Positions 47,201-55,873 of a stretch of 64,000 nt of DNA are shown in pieces (the stretch's first letter is position 1; each line of letters opens with the position of its first letter). The position numbers and the translations under genes are program-made. Source of the stretch: a virus (lineage: Duplodnaviria > Caudoviricetes); the IMG/VR virus record IMGVR_UViG_3300033463_000087, positions 1 to 64,000 of that record; one strand, written 5' to 3'. The notes beneath the pieces were generated by a model. The model was not told the origin of the DNA, made no database searches, and was given only the letters and a program-made list of their open reading frames with translations.

Positions 47201-47734
47201 AATACCAGCACCGAGACCTATACCATTTGTAAAATTAATTTTAGCAGATAAAGTACCTGTATTAGCAGCAGTCCAAGTTTCACCATCAGTAGAATAAAAG
47301 AAAGAAATAGAAGTTCCATTTACAGTTATTTTTATCCATCTTTCTTGATTTACGTCTATTGGTACTCCTGTATTAAAACTATTAAGAGCATTCCAATGAC
47401 TAGAATTTCCTGCCCAAGCATAAAATATTGTACTATTTTGCCTAAGCATTAAACCACCTGTTGTAGTATTAGGCATAATTAAAGCCGCGTTACTAATTGA
47501 ATCTGGTTGTGTTATATAGTGTATAACAAATTCTAATGAGTTTTCATAAGAATATAATGGAACTTTAATATAATTATTTGGACTAAAATTAGTAAATTTT
47601 TTTCCTAATATTGTTATATTACCTACAATATCAAAAATTAAAGTATCTTGCAAACAACCTTTCGTTGCAAATGCTAAAAACTCCTTGATTGCGTTTACTG
47701 TTGCTATTAATAATGCTCTAAATATTCTTGCCAT
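44219..47734 (-). CDS. Large multidomain tail fibre / adhesin (ConA-like repeats and F5/8-like domain)
   Basis: 1171 aa; three repeated beta-sandwich units; GTVYGSNDG...AYKYYKLSV discoidin-like segment. Confidence 0.65.
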   Translation of the reverse strand: MARIFRALLIATVNAIKEFLAFATKGCLQDTLIFDIVGNITILGKKFTNFSPNNYIKVPLYSYENSLEFVIHYITQPDSISNAALIMPNTTTGGLMLRQNSTIFYAWAGNSSHWNALNSFNTGVPIDVNQERWIKITVNGTSISFFYSTDGETWTAANTGTLSAKINFTNGIGLGAGIADSNNNYSWGNGTILLEDCYFQYDDTKLVPYLYPKQLNDTIKLNDGIASSNYDWSACQDNEYGQFTATGTIEQIKEINDEVVYVTAEPEQDNKEVQIKTGQMYYAWTDSTNTYYTDTDSIRDSDIITLKNASIKGTLNNNNGVYSGFSDSNYLTCENFLNNTKDSFEVKSKIYLTGTSSSNCSIIDTSQENSTSAFRFEINSSMKLQCRLSNTIGSYEYFATLIGTTTLQLNTWYFVKVTYDSSTGYALYLTQDESDWHDPEATTSNTSMINHTQSSLFIGDNASSNASFPGYIDLTKTSITINGNVINLGETITLYKTIIYDENFEPLNPQPTLESQSFTQPVLTDSGTMGGDSFAVSAQYLGAYYPWYPFASNANTDQAYTWAKSGNSGDYIMYNPDPIKIISFEITNRNEGAPRSINGGTVYGSNDGVTYTELTTFTNSTLGQNQTWTLEVNSSDAYKYYKLSVTSNDYSYVGIGKIQINAKSGTYINGQEVIYDENQNILKDLVANISTIDNTEIQSVTINCPTVGQKDIYYYGYTNTSDENIYITDSEPISSTTFNLQNAKIIGTINNDNGVFSNFSRGNYIQLINPRPVHSFDFIIKCKPGSGTSFGRLIQTQPDVQGIVLNCTTSSVNCYISRRTSYGWEVLNNFVTGITMSANTDVYVRITWNDTDGVYRFYQSDNGIDWETKNYSDGGKLAPYWVNNSQTIGANTDNYNPWNGSVDMNETKLTIDNIIYTYKKQQSISTLYENTGTTEFTPSALDPQPTFTVQNGNIIISDNTYERNSEIDSSQTITTNPAIITTSANITTSNNDNVVSGTDWHIFNITMPQNMATYIQSGGIEFTPLNMPLLLKNNTGVGLLFKNGNTPQYRNHWVINRDYDLHYQELQFSTNVSDPTILVDINNVNTDSPYYLYSGDTYKYKISKEGYCDYEGSGTATYTSADGKTTTVEAELVASNGTVDVTDYEYTLNNTGNMVLTKYIGNSTDVTVPNI

Positions 47735-47736
47735 TT

Positions 47737-48306
47737 TTAAAACTCTCCTGAAATAACTGCACCATTACAAATTGAAATTATATAATTTTTACTACTCTCT
47801 ATTGTAGGAGCAGTACCACTTATCCAACTTAAACCTGTTGGTAAAGAAATCGTTGTACCAGAAACACCAGATGTAAAATAAATTATACTTTCTTGGTATT
47901 TCTTTTCATTAGAAGTATAATCACTAGGTAAAGCAGATATAGTTAAAGAATCAATAGTTCCATATTGATATATCGTATTATAAGCAAGTTCACTTATTGT
48001 AATACTTGAACTTGAAGTATCAGTAGTTATAGTAGGGCTATTTTGTTTATTACCTATAGCGGTATCTATTGTGGTAGAGGTATTTGAATCTATATTTATA
48101 TCTTCACCAGTTAAAACTACATCGCCTGTTTTTGTATTAACTGAAGTAACAGGAGTAATAACATTACTTAATAATTGTGAAACAGTAACTTTTTTAGCAT
48201 TTGATTCAGGAATATTACTATTTACAATTACTATTGGCAATACACTATCATTAGTTAAATTTGTTACTTCATTTAATTCATTTATTTTCTTTCCCGTTAT
48301 TGCCAT
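47737..48306 (-). CDS. Tail fibre-related protein
   Basis: KKINELNEVT..., VTSVNTKTGDVVL fibre motif, shared C-terminal module. Confidence 0.6.
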   Translation of the reverse strand: MAITGKKINELNEVTNLTNDSVLPIVIVNSNIPESNAKKVTVSQLLSNVITPVTSVNTKTGDVVLTGEDINIDSNTSTTIDTAIGNKQNSPTITTDTSSSSITISELAYNTIYQYGTIDSLTISALPSDYTSNEKKYQESIIYFTSGVSGTTISLPTGLSWISGTAPTIESSKNYIISICNGAVISGEF

Positions 48307-48312
48307 ATATTA

Positions 48313-49821
48313 TTACTCCATTGTTTTAATTTCTGCTGCTACAACTATACCTTTTTGTATACTAATTAAATATGTTTTACCAGCTTCCCAAGTCGGAATT
48401 GTACCTGTATAAAATGTATTTGTAGGAAATGTTACACCTGAAAAACCAGTATCAGTTGTAAATAATATATCAATACTAGAAGTGTTTATAGCAGGAATAC
48501 TTGATATTGTTAAAGAAGTTAAAGTATTTGTAAATGTATAATATGTATTATCAACTAATGCTAGTGATGGTGTGGTTGAATCACTATTTATTGTTTTCTG
48601 TTCAGGTTGAAAACTAATCCAACCGCTTACATTACTACCATTATTCCAATAAGTATATTCCCAACGATAAGGTGCATTAGTTCCACTTGTAATAACTACA
48701 TAAATTGTTTTATTTCCATTAGGACCATTTTGAATTTCTACCGTTGCTTCCACATTACCTTGCATAGGTAAACCTGAACAACTTAATTCACCTAAGTAAG
48801 CCATACCTGCTGTCGCTGCAGTATCTGAATTAACAGCACTTAAAAAAGCAGCAAAAGTAGTATTTGTAGGCCAACTATTATTAAATTCTTGATATGTTTT
48901 TATTGCTAGATTACCTGAACCTAAAATTGTATTACCATTAATAGATTTTATATTTACACCACTTACTAATTTTCTTTGATATTCTTCAAGTTCAAATAAT
49001 TCTAATGAGTTACCATCCCAAACATAAGCTTGGTCGCTATATAAATAAATTGCGTTAAAAGAAGGATCTTCTACAGTTGCATTTGTCCAAGAGTTTGCTA
49101 CTGTTGCAGTATATATTTTCTTCTCTGTTGAATTATAATATTTACTACCTATTACAAAGGTACCAGAAGGAGCAGTTGTAATTGATAATAAAGCAACTTC
49201 TTCAGCACTACTAGGTTGAACATTAATTCTTTCCCAATGTATATCACCAATAGTAGTTACCCAATTAAGAGTATATTCTATAGGTTCATTCGCATGATAA
49301 TCAGCAGCAGGATTAGTAAACTGAAAACCGTATGCTTCTAAATCACTAGCATTAATTTTATAATTTGCTAAAACTTCTTGACCATTTTTATTAGTACAAT
49401 TTACAAACCACATTTCAAGATGTTGGTTAGGATCAACTATTGTATTTTCATCAACTACTAAGCTTCCACCAACTATATCATAAGGATTGTCAATTTTTAA
49501 TACAGAAGTAATAAAATCACTCATTGCCTCTGCATCAGAAGTAAACGTTTTATAAGGATGGGTAGCGGCTTCATAATCAAAAGCCATCTTTCCAGGATTA
49601 AAATCTGTGGTGATTGATTGTGCTTCTTCTGCTCCCTTACATTCATAAATATAACCATGAGTATAAGTAGCATTAGTTTCACCAGAATAACAATAAATTT
49701 TACCTAATTGTTCTTCAGTTGCTTCAGGTATAACAGAATCTTTAATAATAATTCTATTTTCATCAATTTTACCACCTGAACCACCCATTGCTACAATGGA
49801 AGGAATTACTAATCTATTCAT
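48313..49821 (-). CDS. Tail fibre-related protein
   Basis: YQRKLVSGVNIKSINGNTILGSGNL fibre motif; shared C-terminal module. Confidence 0.6.
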   Translation of the reverse strand: MNRLVIPSIVAMGGSGGKIDENRIIIKDSVIPEATEEQLGKIYCYSGETNATYTHGYIYECKGAEEAQSITTDFNPGKMAFDYEAATHPYKTFTSDAEAMSDFITSVLKIDNPYDIVGGSLVVDENTIVDPNQHLEMWFVNCTNKNGQEVLANYKINASDLEAYGFQFTNPAADYHANEPIEYTLNWVTTIGDIHWERINVQPSSAEEVALLSITTAPSGTFVIGSKYYNSTEKKIYTATVANSWTNATVEDPSFNAIYLYSDQAYVWDGNSLELFELEEYQRKLVSGVNIKSINGNTILGSGNLAIKTYQEFNNSWPTNTTFAAFLSAVNSDTAATAGMAYLGELSCSGLPMQGNVEATVEIQNGPNGNKTIYVVITSGTNAPYRWEYTYWNNGSNVSGWISFQPEQKTINSDSTTPSLALVDNTYYTFTNTLTSLTISSIPAINTSSIDILFTTDTGFSGVTFPTNTFYTGTIPTWEAGKTYLISIQKGIVVAAEIKTME

Positions 49822-49824
49822 AAA

Positions 49825-50100
49825 TTAATTACTCCTTAATGGATTTTCAACTAACCCCATTTCATTTGCACTAGAGCCATCAGAATAAACAACAGCAATC
49901 CATCTTGTCATACCAATTACTGAATTTATTTTATCATTTTCAAATTCTTCACAAAGTAACATATCTGAAATAGATGTTGGTTTCGTACCACTATTACTTA
50001 CATAAACCTGTACATTACCTTTTAATTCTAATGTGGGCAAAATAGTTGTTTCGGCAGGATAATATTTTCTTAAATAAATTTTACCGGATTCTAAAATCAT
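49825..50100 (-). CDS. Hypothetical virion-module protein
   Basis: 91 aa directly under a class-1 promoter. Confidence 0.55.
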   Translation of the reverse strand: MILESGKIYLRKYYPAETTILPTLELKGNVQVYVSNSGTKPTSISDMLLCEEFENDKINSVIGMTRWIAVVYSDGSSANEMGLVENPLRSN

Positions 50101-50128
50101 TTTATATTTAACTCCTTCATTGTAGTAA

Positions 50129-50148
50129 TATATAAATATAAATGAAAT
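50129..50148 (-). promoter_or_regulatory. Class-1 promoter motif
   Basis: tatataaatataaatgaaat upstream of 50100. Confidence 0.75.
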
Positions 50149-50244
50149 TATACATTAAAAACTCACTCTTATTTTAATTTTTAATAAGCAAATATAATTT
50201 ATATAAAGGCTTTTAAAAGTGTTTGTAAGAGTGAATTTGATATA

Positions 50245-50691
50245 TTATTCTTTAATTTCTTCAATAATTGGTTCTTCGGTATTATCAATAACTTCTTGAT
50301 CTACTTCTTCAACTTCAGACTGTTCTTCAATATCTTCTTGTTCTTCTTCAACATAAGGAGTTAAACCATAAGCTTCCACTGCCTGTTCTAAAGAATCGAA
50401 ACTATCCCAGCCTTTATTAATAACTACTTGCATTTCATATACAGGCACTTCAATTTCGTTTCCTTGTTCATCTGTCTCTGTTCTTGTGCCTACTTGAACC
50501 TGTTCTTTACTTTCTGTAATCTTGCAAGTCTGAATTTCGAAGCGATTACCCTCTTTATCTTGGTAATGGCCTTCTTCATTTGCCACTTTTTTATATACGT
50601 CTGGCATATCCTGTGGCCTTATGATTACTGGTTCTTCAAATATTTCTACTTCTTCATTTACTTCGTTTAATTGTTCATTTATTTCTTCCAT
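50245..50691 (-). CDS. Acidic hypothetical protein (tail-fibre associated)
   Basis: 148 aa, very Glu-rich, follows a fibre gene. Confidence 0.55.
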   Translation of the reverse strand: MEEINEQLNEVNEEVEIFEEPVIIRPQDMPDVYKKVANEEGHYQDKEGNRFEIQTCKITESKEQVQVGTRTETDEQGNEIEVPVYEMQVVINKGWDSFDSLEQAVEAYGLTPYVEEEQEDIEEQSEVEEVDQEVIDNTEEPIIEEIKE

Positions 50692-50705
50692 AAAATTCTC
50701 CTTTA

Positions 50706-53700
50706 TTATGCTGTTAATGTTAAAGCCCAGCCTTTATCTTCTGCTATTGACTTATCCTCTGGTAATAGATATTGCTCTCTACCAAACCATAGTTCGTTGT
50801 TTACTTTTATGTAGGTGGAGTTGAGGTCGATTGAACCAGTAAAAGGTCTGTTGATATTGTTAACCGCATTCCCAAGAGAAATTAAATGCGTTTGCTCTCC
50901 AGAACTTCTATCTAATGTCAAAGTAGTTATAAAGTCTCCACCATTTTTTGAATAGCTAAAAGAAAATACGCCATTCGTGCTAATTACTTTTACCTTATAA
51001 TCAGTATTAACTGCAAAATCGCTTGCTGGAATTACATTCTTATAACTACTAGAACCCCAGTCATACGTGGCTAAAGCGTGCACACCGCCACCAGGAACAG
51101 TTCCTTCTTCTAAACTAAAATAATTCCTTAGTAAAAAGATAGTTTCATAACTACTTGCAAATGAAGAAGGAGTTCTGAAAGTTATCTGCATTTCTAAGTT
51201 TGAAACACTAGGTAAATAAGGCAAAGTTAGATAATCGCTGCTACTAAACCCACTAACTACCCCACTACTTATCGCAGGGGAGCCAACAATGGTCAAGTTA
51301 TTCTGATTACCACTGGCACCTACGCAAGATAATATTTTAGTCATAGCAGGTTGACCTCTAAATACATATACATCCTTTACTTTGATATATGTTTCTGATA
51401 AATCAACTTCTCCTGTCCACACTTGCTGCGCTGCTCTGGCTGACCTTCCGATAGCATAATCAATGCTAAAGAAACCTACTGTCCTGTTCTCAGAATATTC
51501 TTCAGTCCAAGTTTCTTTATCTGTTGACCTATCTATAATTAATTTTGTTCCTGTAAATCGTGTGCGAATATAATAGATAGTGTTTTCTAATAGTCCTGTT
51601 TTGCCGTCATGTTGTGTTCTTGATGTTCCATCTTCATTAGGAACATAATATGAAAAACATCTATTAGCACCTGTTTTTTGAAAAGTATATCTAATAGTGC
51701 TATTTGCACCTAAAATAACGTCATACGCTGTACCCCAAGAAACAGGTGTTTTTATTTTAAACATTATTTCAAATGGGTGAGATAAATCTATCGTAGGCAA
51801 AGTAAGATAATCAGACGTGGAAAAATTGCTTACCACTCCACCACTGCTTATAGTGGGTGTTCCAACAGTCGTATATCCTACATTATAAGGCAAATCATTA
51901 AATAATTGCACTAAAGCACTTCTATCCATACCTGTATAAGATACGTTAATTTGTGGGCTTGTACCTGTAAAAGGTGCAGAACTTGATACACGCAAACCTT
52001 TGAAACCACTCATAAAATATTGTGAAGTGCTAAAACACCCAATTTTAGTAAGGCCTGTTGCAGCAGAAACATCTAATACAGTGTCCTCAAGTGAATTATT
52101 CCTATATAGATAACTGGTCATATTAGTAGCATTAGAATAATCAATAGTTTCTGGTACTTTCTTTAATTTAAAACAATCATTAAAAGCAGCAGTTAAATTA
52201 CTAGGACTAATCGTACAATTTTTTAAAATTACATTTTCTAATTCAGAACAAGAACAAAAAGAATAGTCAAATCTTCTATTATCACAAACATAATTTTTTA
52301 CAGTTATTTTTTTACAACCGCCAGCAGTTCCTGCAATCCATAAATCATTAGATAAATTGGATTCAAATATCGGAACATATTCAAGGCTTAAATTTTCTCC
52401 TACAAATTGATTGAAATAAGTTATTTTTAATAAATTATTCTTTGCAGTTACTGCTTTAATCATATTATTATGATATCTTGTATTGTAAAATGCTCCACCT
52501 GAAAAAGTTTGATGACCTGCTACGATTCTATTGCTTAAATTAAAGTGAGACCAAAGAACTCCTTGCAATTCTTTTCCGCTTGATGCCACTCTAGCGCATT
52601 TAAAGGCAGTAATTTCTGCGCCTTCAGTCGCAGGTGTAATCCATATCTTGTGTGCTTTAAGTGTGCTAGGTGTTGTAATATCGTCGCCTGTCGTAATACC
52701 GCTTGTAGACCAAGTAATAGAGCATTGTGTGCCACTTGCGTAAGTGCTACCATACTGCACGCCGTCAATAAATACTTTATAACCGCCTGTACAAGTGGCA
52801 GTAAAACCTAAGTTGTCATAATCATTTGAAATACTATCTTTACCAAAAGTAAAATCACCTGTGCCTTCATTCCCATAGAATTGCTGATTAACAATATCAA
52901 ACATACCGTTACTTGGGCAAGTGAAATTTCCTATAACCAAATTTTCAGGAACAGGAACAAAATGTCTTACTAAACTTCCGTTCCCATCATATATTTTGCA
53001 AAAATATATTTTACCTGACCAATAATCCAAAATAGTACCGTTGTTATCGCCCGCATATAACTTAATGGTAGTAGGAGTTGTAAAAGTTTTAATTTCTATA
53101 GAACCACTATTAATCGCTCCATTTGTCAAAGAAATCGCTTTTACAATATATTGTCCTTCGGAAATAGAAGTTTCAAATAAAGCGTCTGAAAATGAAGAAA
53201 CTAAACGGTATTTACCATTGTAATCAAAGCGGTTGCTATCTGAATGGAGTAACATTAATCTGTCATTTGAGTTGCTTGAAGTTCTTGACCCTAAAATTAC
53301 TCCAGAATTTCCTACGGAAGTATATTTTATGTTAAAGGTCGTGCTACCTGAGCCGTAAACATCAGCATCTATATATTGTGTTCCGCTACTTTGCAAATAT
53401 AAATTAGGGTTAGCCCAAGTAAGTTTACCATCTTTAATAATATAATTAGAACCTAATTCACCTACATATAAAGCAATCGAATTATTTGGACAATCATTTC
53501 TTATATCTGACCAATCAGTGGGTTTATTAAACGGATTTTTAATCCAAACAATGTTATTATTTAATGCTAAATAATCAACATCTATAGATGCTTGCTCTTT
53601 TCCATTAAACCAAGTTATTCCATTAATTTTTATATAAGTTTCATTAAGGTCTATTGAACCAGTAAAAGGAGCACCACTTAATATACCAAATCTAATATCA

Positions 53701-54164
53701 TTTTTGTAAGAATTGTCAATATTAGAAATATCTTTTGTTTGTTTTAAAGAATAAGTTGTTCCATCTTCAGAAAAATATACATTAAGTGTATTAGATGTAT
53801 TTGAAAATTTAATCCAATATTGCTTTGAAACATCTAATGTGCTTTGTATATTATAATCAGGCCAAGTAGAATTAGTACCTTTATAACCAAATCTTAATGA
53901 TCCATTTGCTATAAAATAGAAAAATAAATTAGAAGTAAAAAGATATTGGTTTGAACCTTTATCCCAAGCAGAAGGTGTTGTAAATTTAATTATGCACTCA
54001 TTATTATTAGTAAAATCAAGTTTATTTGATATGCTGACATAATCACTATCACTAAACCCACTTATAATACCGTTATTTATAGTAGGTGAACCAACAATAG
54101 TATAACCAACATTATTATTATAAGATATTTTATTTATAACATTATTATTTAAAAGTAAAGACAT
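50706..54164 (-). CDS. Large mosaic tail fibre / adhesin with three ConA-like repeats and a short LRR-like segment
   Basis: 1152 aa; repeats of the form IVGSPTI..G.VSGFSSSDYL ... FTGSIDLN.TYIKVN. Confidence 0.65.
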   Translation of the reverse strand: MSLLLNNNVINKISYNNNVGYTIVGSPTINNGIISGFSDSDYVSISNKLDFTNNNECIIKFTTPSAWDKGSNQYLFTSNLFFYFIANGSLRFGYKGTNSTWPDYNIQSTLDVSKQYWIKFSNTSNTLNVYFSEDGTTYSLKQTKDISNIDNSYKNDIRFGILSGAPFTGSIDLNETYIKINGITWFNGKEQASIDVDYLALNNNIVWIKNPFNKPTDWSDIRNDCPNNSIALYVGELGSNYIIKDGKLTWANPNLYLQSSGTQYIDADVYGSGSTTFNIKYTSVGNSGVILGSRTSSNSNDRLMLLHSDSNRFDYNGKYRLVSSFSDALFETSISEGQYIVKAISLTNGAINSGSIEIKTFTTPTTIKLYAGDNNGTILDYWSGKIYFCKIYDGNGSLVRHFVPVPENLVIGNFTCPSNGMFDIVNQQFYGNEGTGDFTFGKDSISNDYDNLGFTATCTGGYKVFIDGVQYGSTYASGTQCSITWSTSGITTGDDITTPSTLKAHKIWITPATEGAEITAFKCARVASSGKELQGVLWSHFNLSNRIVAGHQTFSGGAFYNTRYHNNMIKAVTAKNNLLKITYFNQFVGENLSLEYVPIFESNLSNDLWIAGTAGGCKKITVKNYVCDNRRFDYSFCSCSELENVILKNCTISPSNLTAAFNDCFKLKKVPETIDYSNATNMTSYLYRNNSLEDTVLDVSAATGLTKIGCFSTSQYFMSGFKGLRVSSSAPFTGTSPQINVSYTGMDRSALVQLFNDLPYNVGYTTVGTPTISSGGVVSNFSTSDYLTLPTIDLSHPFEIMFKIKTPVSWGTAYDVILGANSTIRYTFQKTGANRCFSYYVPNEDGTSRTQHDGKTGLLENTIYYIRTRFTGTKLIIDRSTDKETWTEEYSENRTVGFFSIDYAIGRSARAAQQVWTGEVDLSETYIKVKDVYVFRGQPAMTKILSCVGASGNQNNLTIVGSPAISSGVVSGFSSSDYLTLPYLPSVSNLEMQITFRTPSSFASSYETIFLLRNYFSLEEGTVPGGGVHALATYDWGSSSYKNVIPASDFAVNTDYKVKVISTNGVFSFSYSKNGGDFITTLTLDRSSGEQTHLISLGNAVNNINRPFTGSIDLNSTYIKVNNELWFGREQYLLPEDKSIAEDKGWALTLTA

Positions 54165-54170
54165 TTACTT

Positions 54171-54602
54171 CTACTCCGTTATTATATTTAAGGTACCTGT
54201 TGTACTATCAAATTCTACTTTTATACCACCTTTTGTTGTATCAGTAGCATAAGGTATTCTATCAGATACTAATGTACCATTACTATCTAAAACTTGTTTA
54301 TCTTTCACTTGAAAAGTATTTGCTGTATTATTTGTACCATCACCAATTTGTATTGCACCACTAGCACTAGCAACAGCATTATAACCAATAGCGGTTGCAC
54401 TTGTTGTTGCTGAAGAACTTTTACCAATATTTGTTGCTTGATTATCTGTAGCAGCAGTGCCTTCTACAGTTACGGAATTTGTACCCGTAGCAGTATTTTT
54501 TAATTTAGTATCAGCATAAGATTTTATTGCTTTTTGTGATGATGCTAAAGTATTACTATTATCACTTAATGTTGTATCTGTATTTAAATTTAATCTTTTC
54601 AT
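54171..54602 (-). CDS. Short fibre protein with YadA-head-like repeats
   Basis: ATNIGKSSSA, ATAIGYNAVA and GAIQIG repeats. Confidence 0.55.
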   Translation of the reverse strand: MKRLNLNTDTTLSDNSNTLASSQKAIKSYADTKLKNTATGTNSVTVEGTAATDNQATNIGKSSSATTSATAIGYNAVASASGAIQIGDGTNNTANTFQVKDKQVLDSNGTLVSDRIPYATDTTKGGIKVEFDSTTGTLNIITE

Positions 54603-54608
54603 ATTTAA

Positions 54609-55547
54609 TTACCCTATTATTACCGCTTTATAAGTATCAGCACTAACATTTGATTCTGAATAAAATGTTAATGTAATTGTACCTGCTGTTATTGTACTAT
54701 CCATTTCTACTGTTTCACCTGTAGTTATTTCAAATACTCTTAAAACAACTTCACTTGTGCCTAATGTATTTGTAATTGTCCAAGTAGCAATATTATTAGT
54801 AGGTGTTATAGAAGGATTTGTAGCAACTAATTTATTTATTGGATATTTTCTTGCACCAATATAATTAATGTGTGCTCTTCCACCTATAATAATTATTTCA
54901 TAAGTTGTATTGGCATAAAATGTAGGTGGATTATCATAATAAAAATATTGTGTTAAATTAGTAGCACTAAAAGTAAAAGAAGAACTTGTAGTAAATACTA
55001 ATCTTGTATAATAAATACTGTTAGGAATAGTTGTTAAAGTTAAACTCGTTAAAGCATTACTAAAAATATAATCTGTATTTTCATTAAGAGCAATAGAAGG
55101 GGTTGTTTCTGTACTATTTATTATATTTCTTGAAGGACTATAAATAGTATTATCAACACTAATTACACCACTACTTACATTTAAACCTGTACCTATTTGT
55201 ACGACACCTTTACTCGTTGTAGTTGCATCTCTTAATTCTGTATTTGAAAAATAAACCCATTCTGTTCCATTAAATAACCATAATTCAGCAACATCTTCAA
55301 TAGCAACCTCATCACCATTTCTTGGTTCACGTTCTACTGTATCAACTACAAATTGTGTCAAAATTAATTGTGTATTTGGTTCAGGTGCGGTTGCAACTGT
55401 ACCAATAAATTCTGTTTGTTGTTTTAATGCAGCAATTACAGGATCGTTATCTAACCAAGCAGATATATTACCTGACTCACTAGAATAAACTATTGAATTT
55501 GGTTGTGGTGTACTTGAAACTTTTTGTAACTCGTTATGATTAGCCAT
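54609..55547 (-). CDS. Tail fibre-related protein
   Basis: DATTTSKGVVQIGTGLNV fibre motif; shared module. Confidence 0.6.
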   Translation of the reverse strand: MANHNELQKVSSTPQPNSIVYSSESGNISAWLDNDPVIAALKQQTEFIGTVATAPEPNTQLILTQFVVDTVEREPRNGDEVAIEDVAELWLFNGTEWVYFSNTELRDATTTSKGVVQIGTGLNVSSGVISVDNTIYSPSRNIINSTETTPSIALNENTDYIFSNALTSLTLTTIPNSIYYTRLVFTTSSSFTFSATNLTQYFYYDNPPTFYANTTYEIIIIGGRAHINYIGARKYPINKLVATNPSITPTNNIATWTITNTLGTSEVVLRVFEITTGETVEMDSTITAGTITLTFYSESNVSADTYKAVIIG

Positions 55548-55872
55548 TGTTTTTTCTCCTTATAATTTCTGCTAATTCTTCTAATTCTCTTGCTCTACCT
55601 ACAATAAAAGCACTATACATATTAGGATTAGCCAAGATTATTTCTCTTAATACTCTTGGCATTTGATATTTTTCTTCTAATTCAATCAATTTTTCTTCTA
55701 CTGTAGGTTCTGGTTTAATAGGGGCATAACCTTTAAGATACCAAGCACCATTATATGCTTGCTCTACTTCTTGTTTTTCCATTCCAAGAGATTTATAAAA
55801 TTCTGTATTTGTACCTAAACCAACTTCACATTGTTTAGTTTCTTCATTAATTATTTTTGCAAATTTAATCAT
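55540..55872 (-). CDS. Tail fibre assembly-like protein
   Basis: Directly follows the collar-fibre gene; EQAYNGAWYLKGYAP.KPEPT pattern. Confidence 0.55.
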   Translation of the reverse strand: MIKFAKIINEETKQCEVGLGTNTEFYKSLGMEKQEVEQAYNGAWYLKGYAPIKPEPTVEEKLIELEEKYQMPRVLREIILANPNMYSAFIVGRARELEELAEIIRRKNNG

Positions 55873-55873
55873 A

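Noticed and set aside
55540-55872. MIKFAKII start as another member of the leader family
   Set aside because: It lacks the IK(A/S) ending, lies in the fibre operon and looks like a fibre assembly protein.
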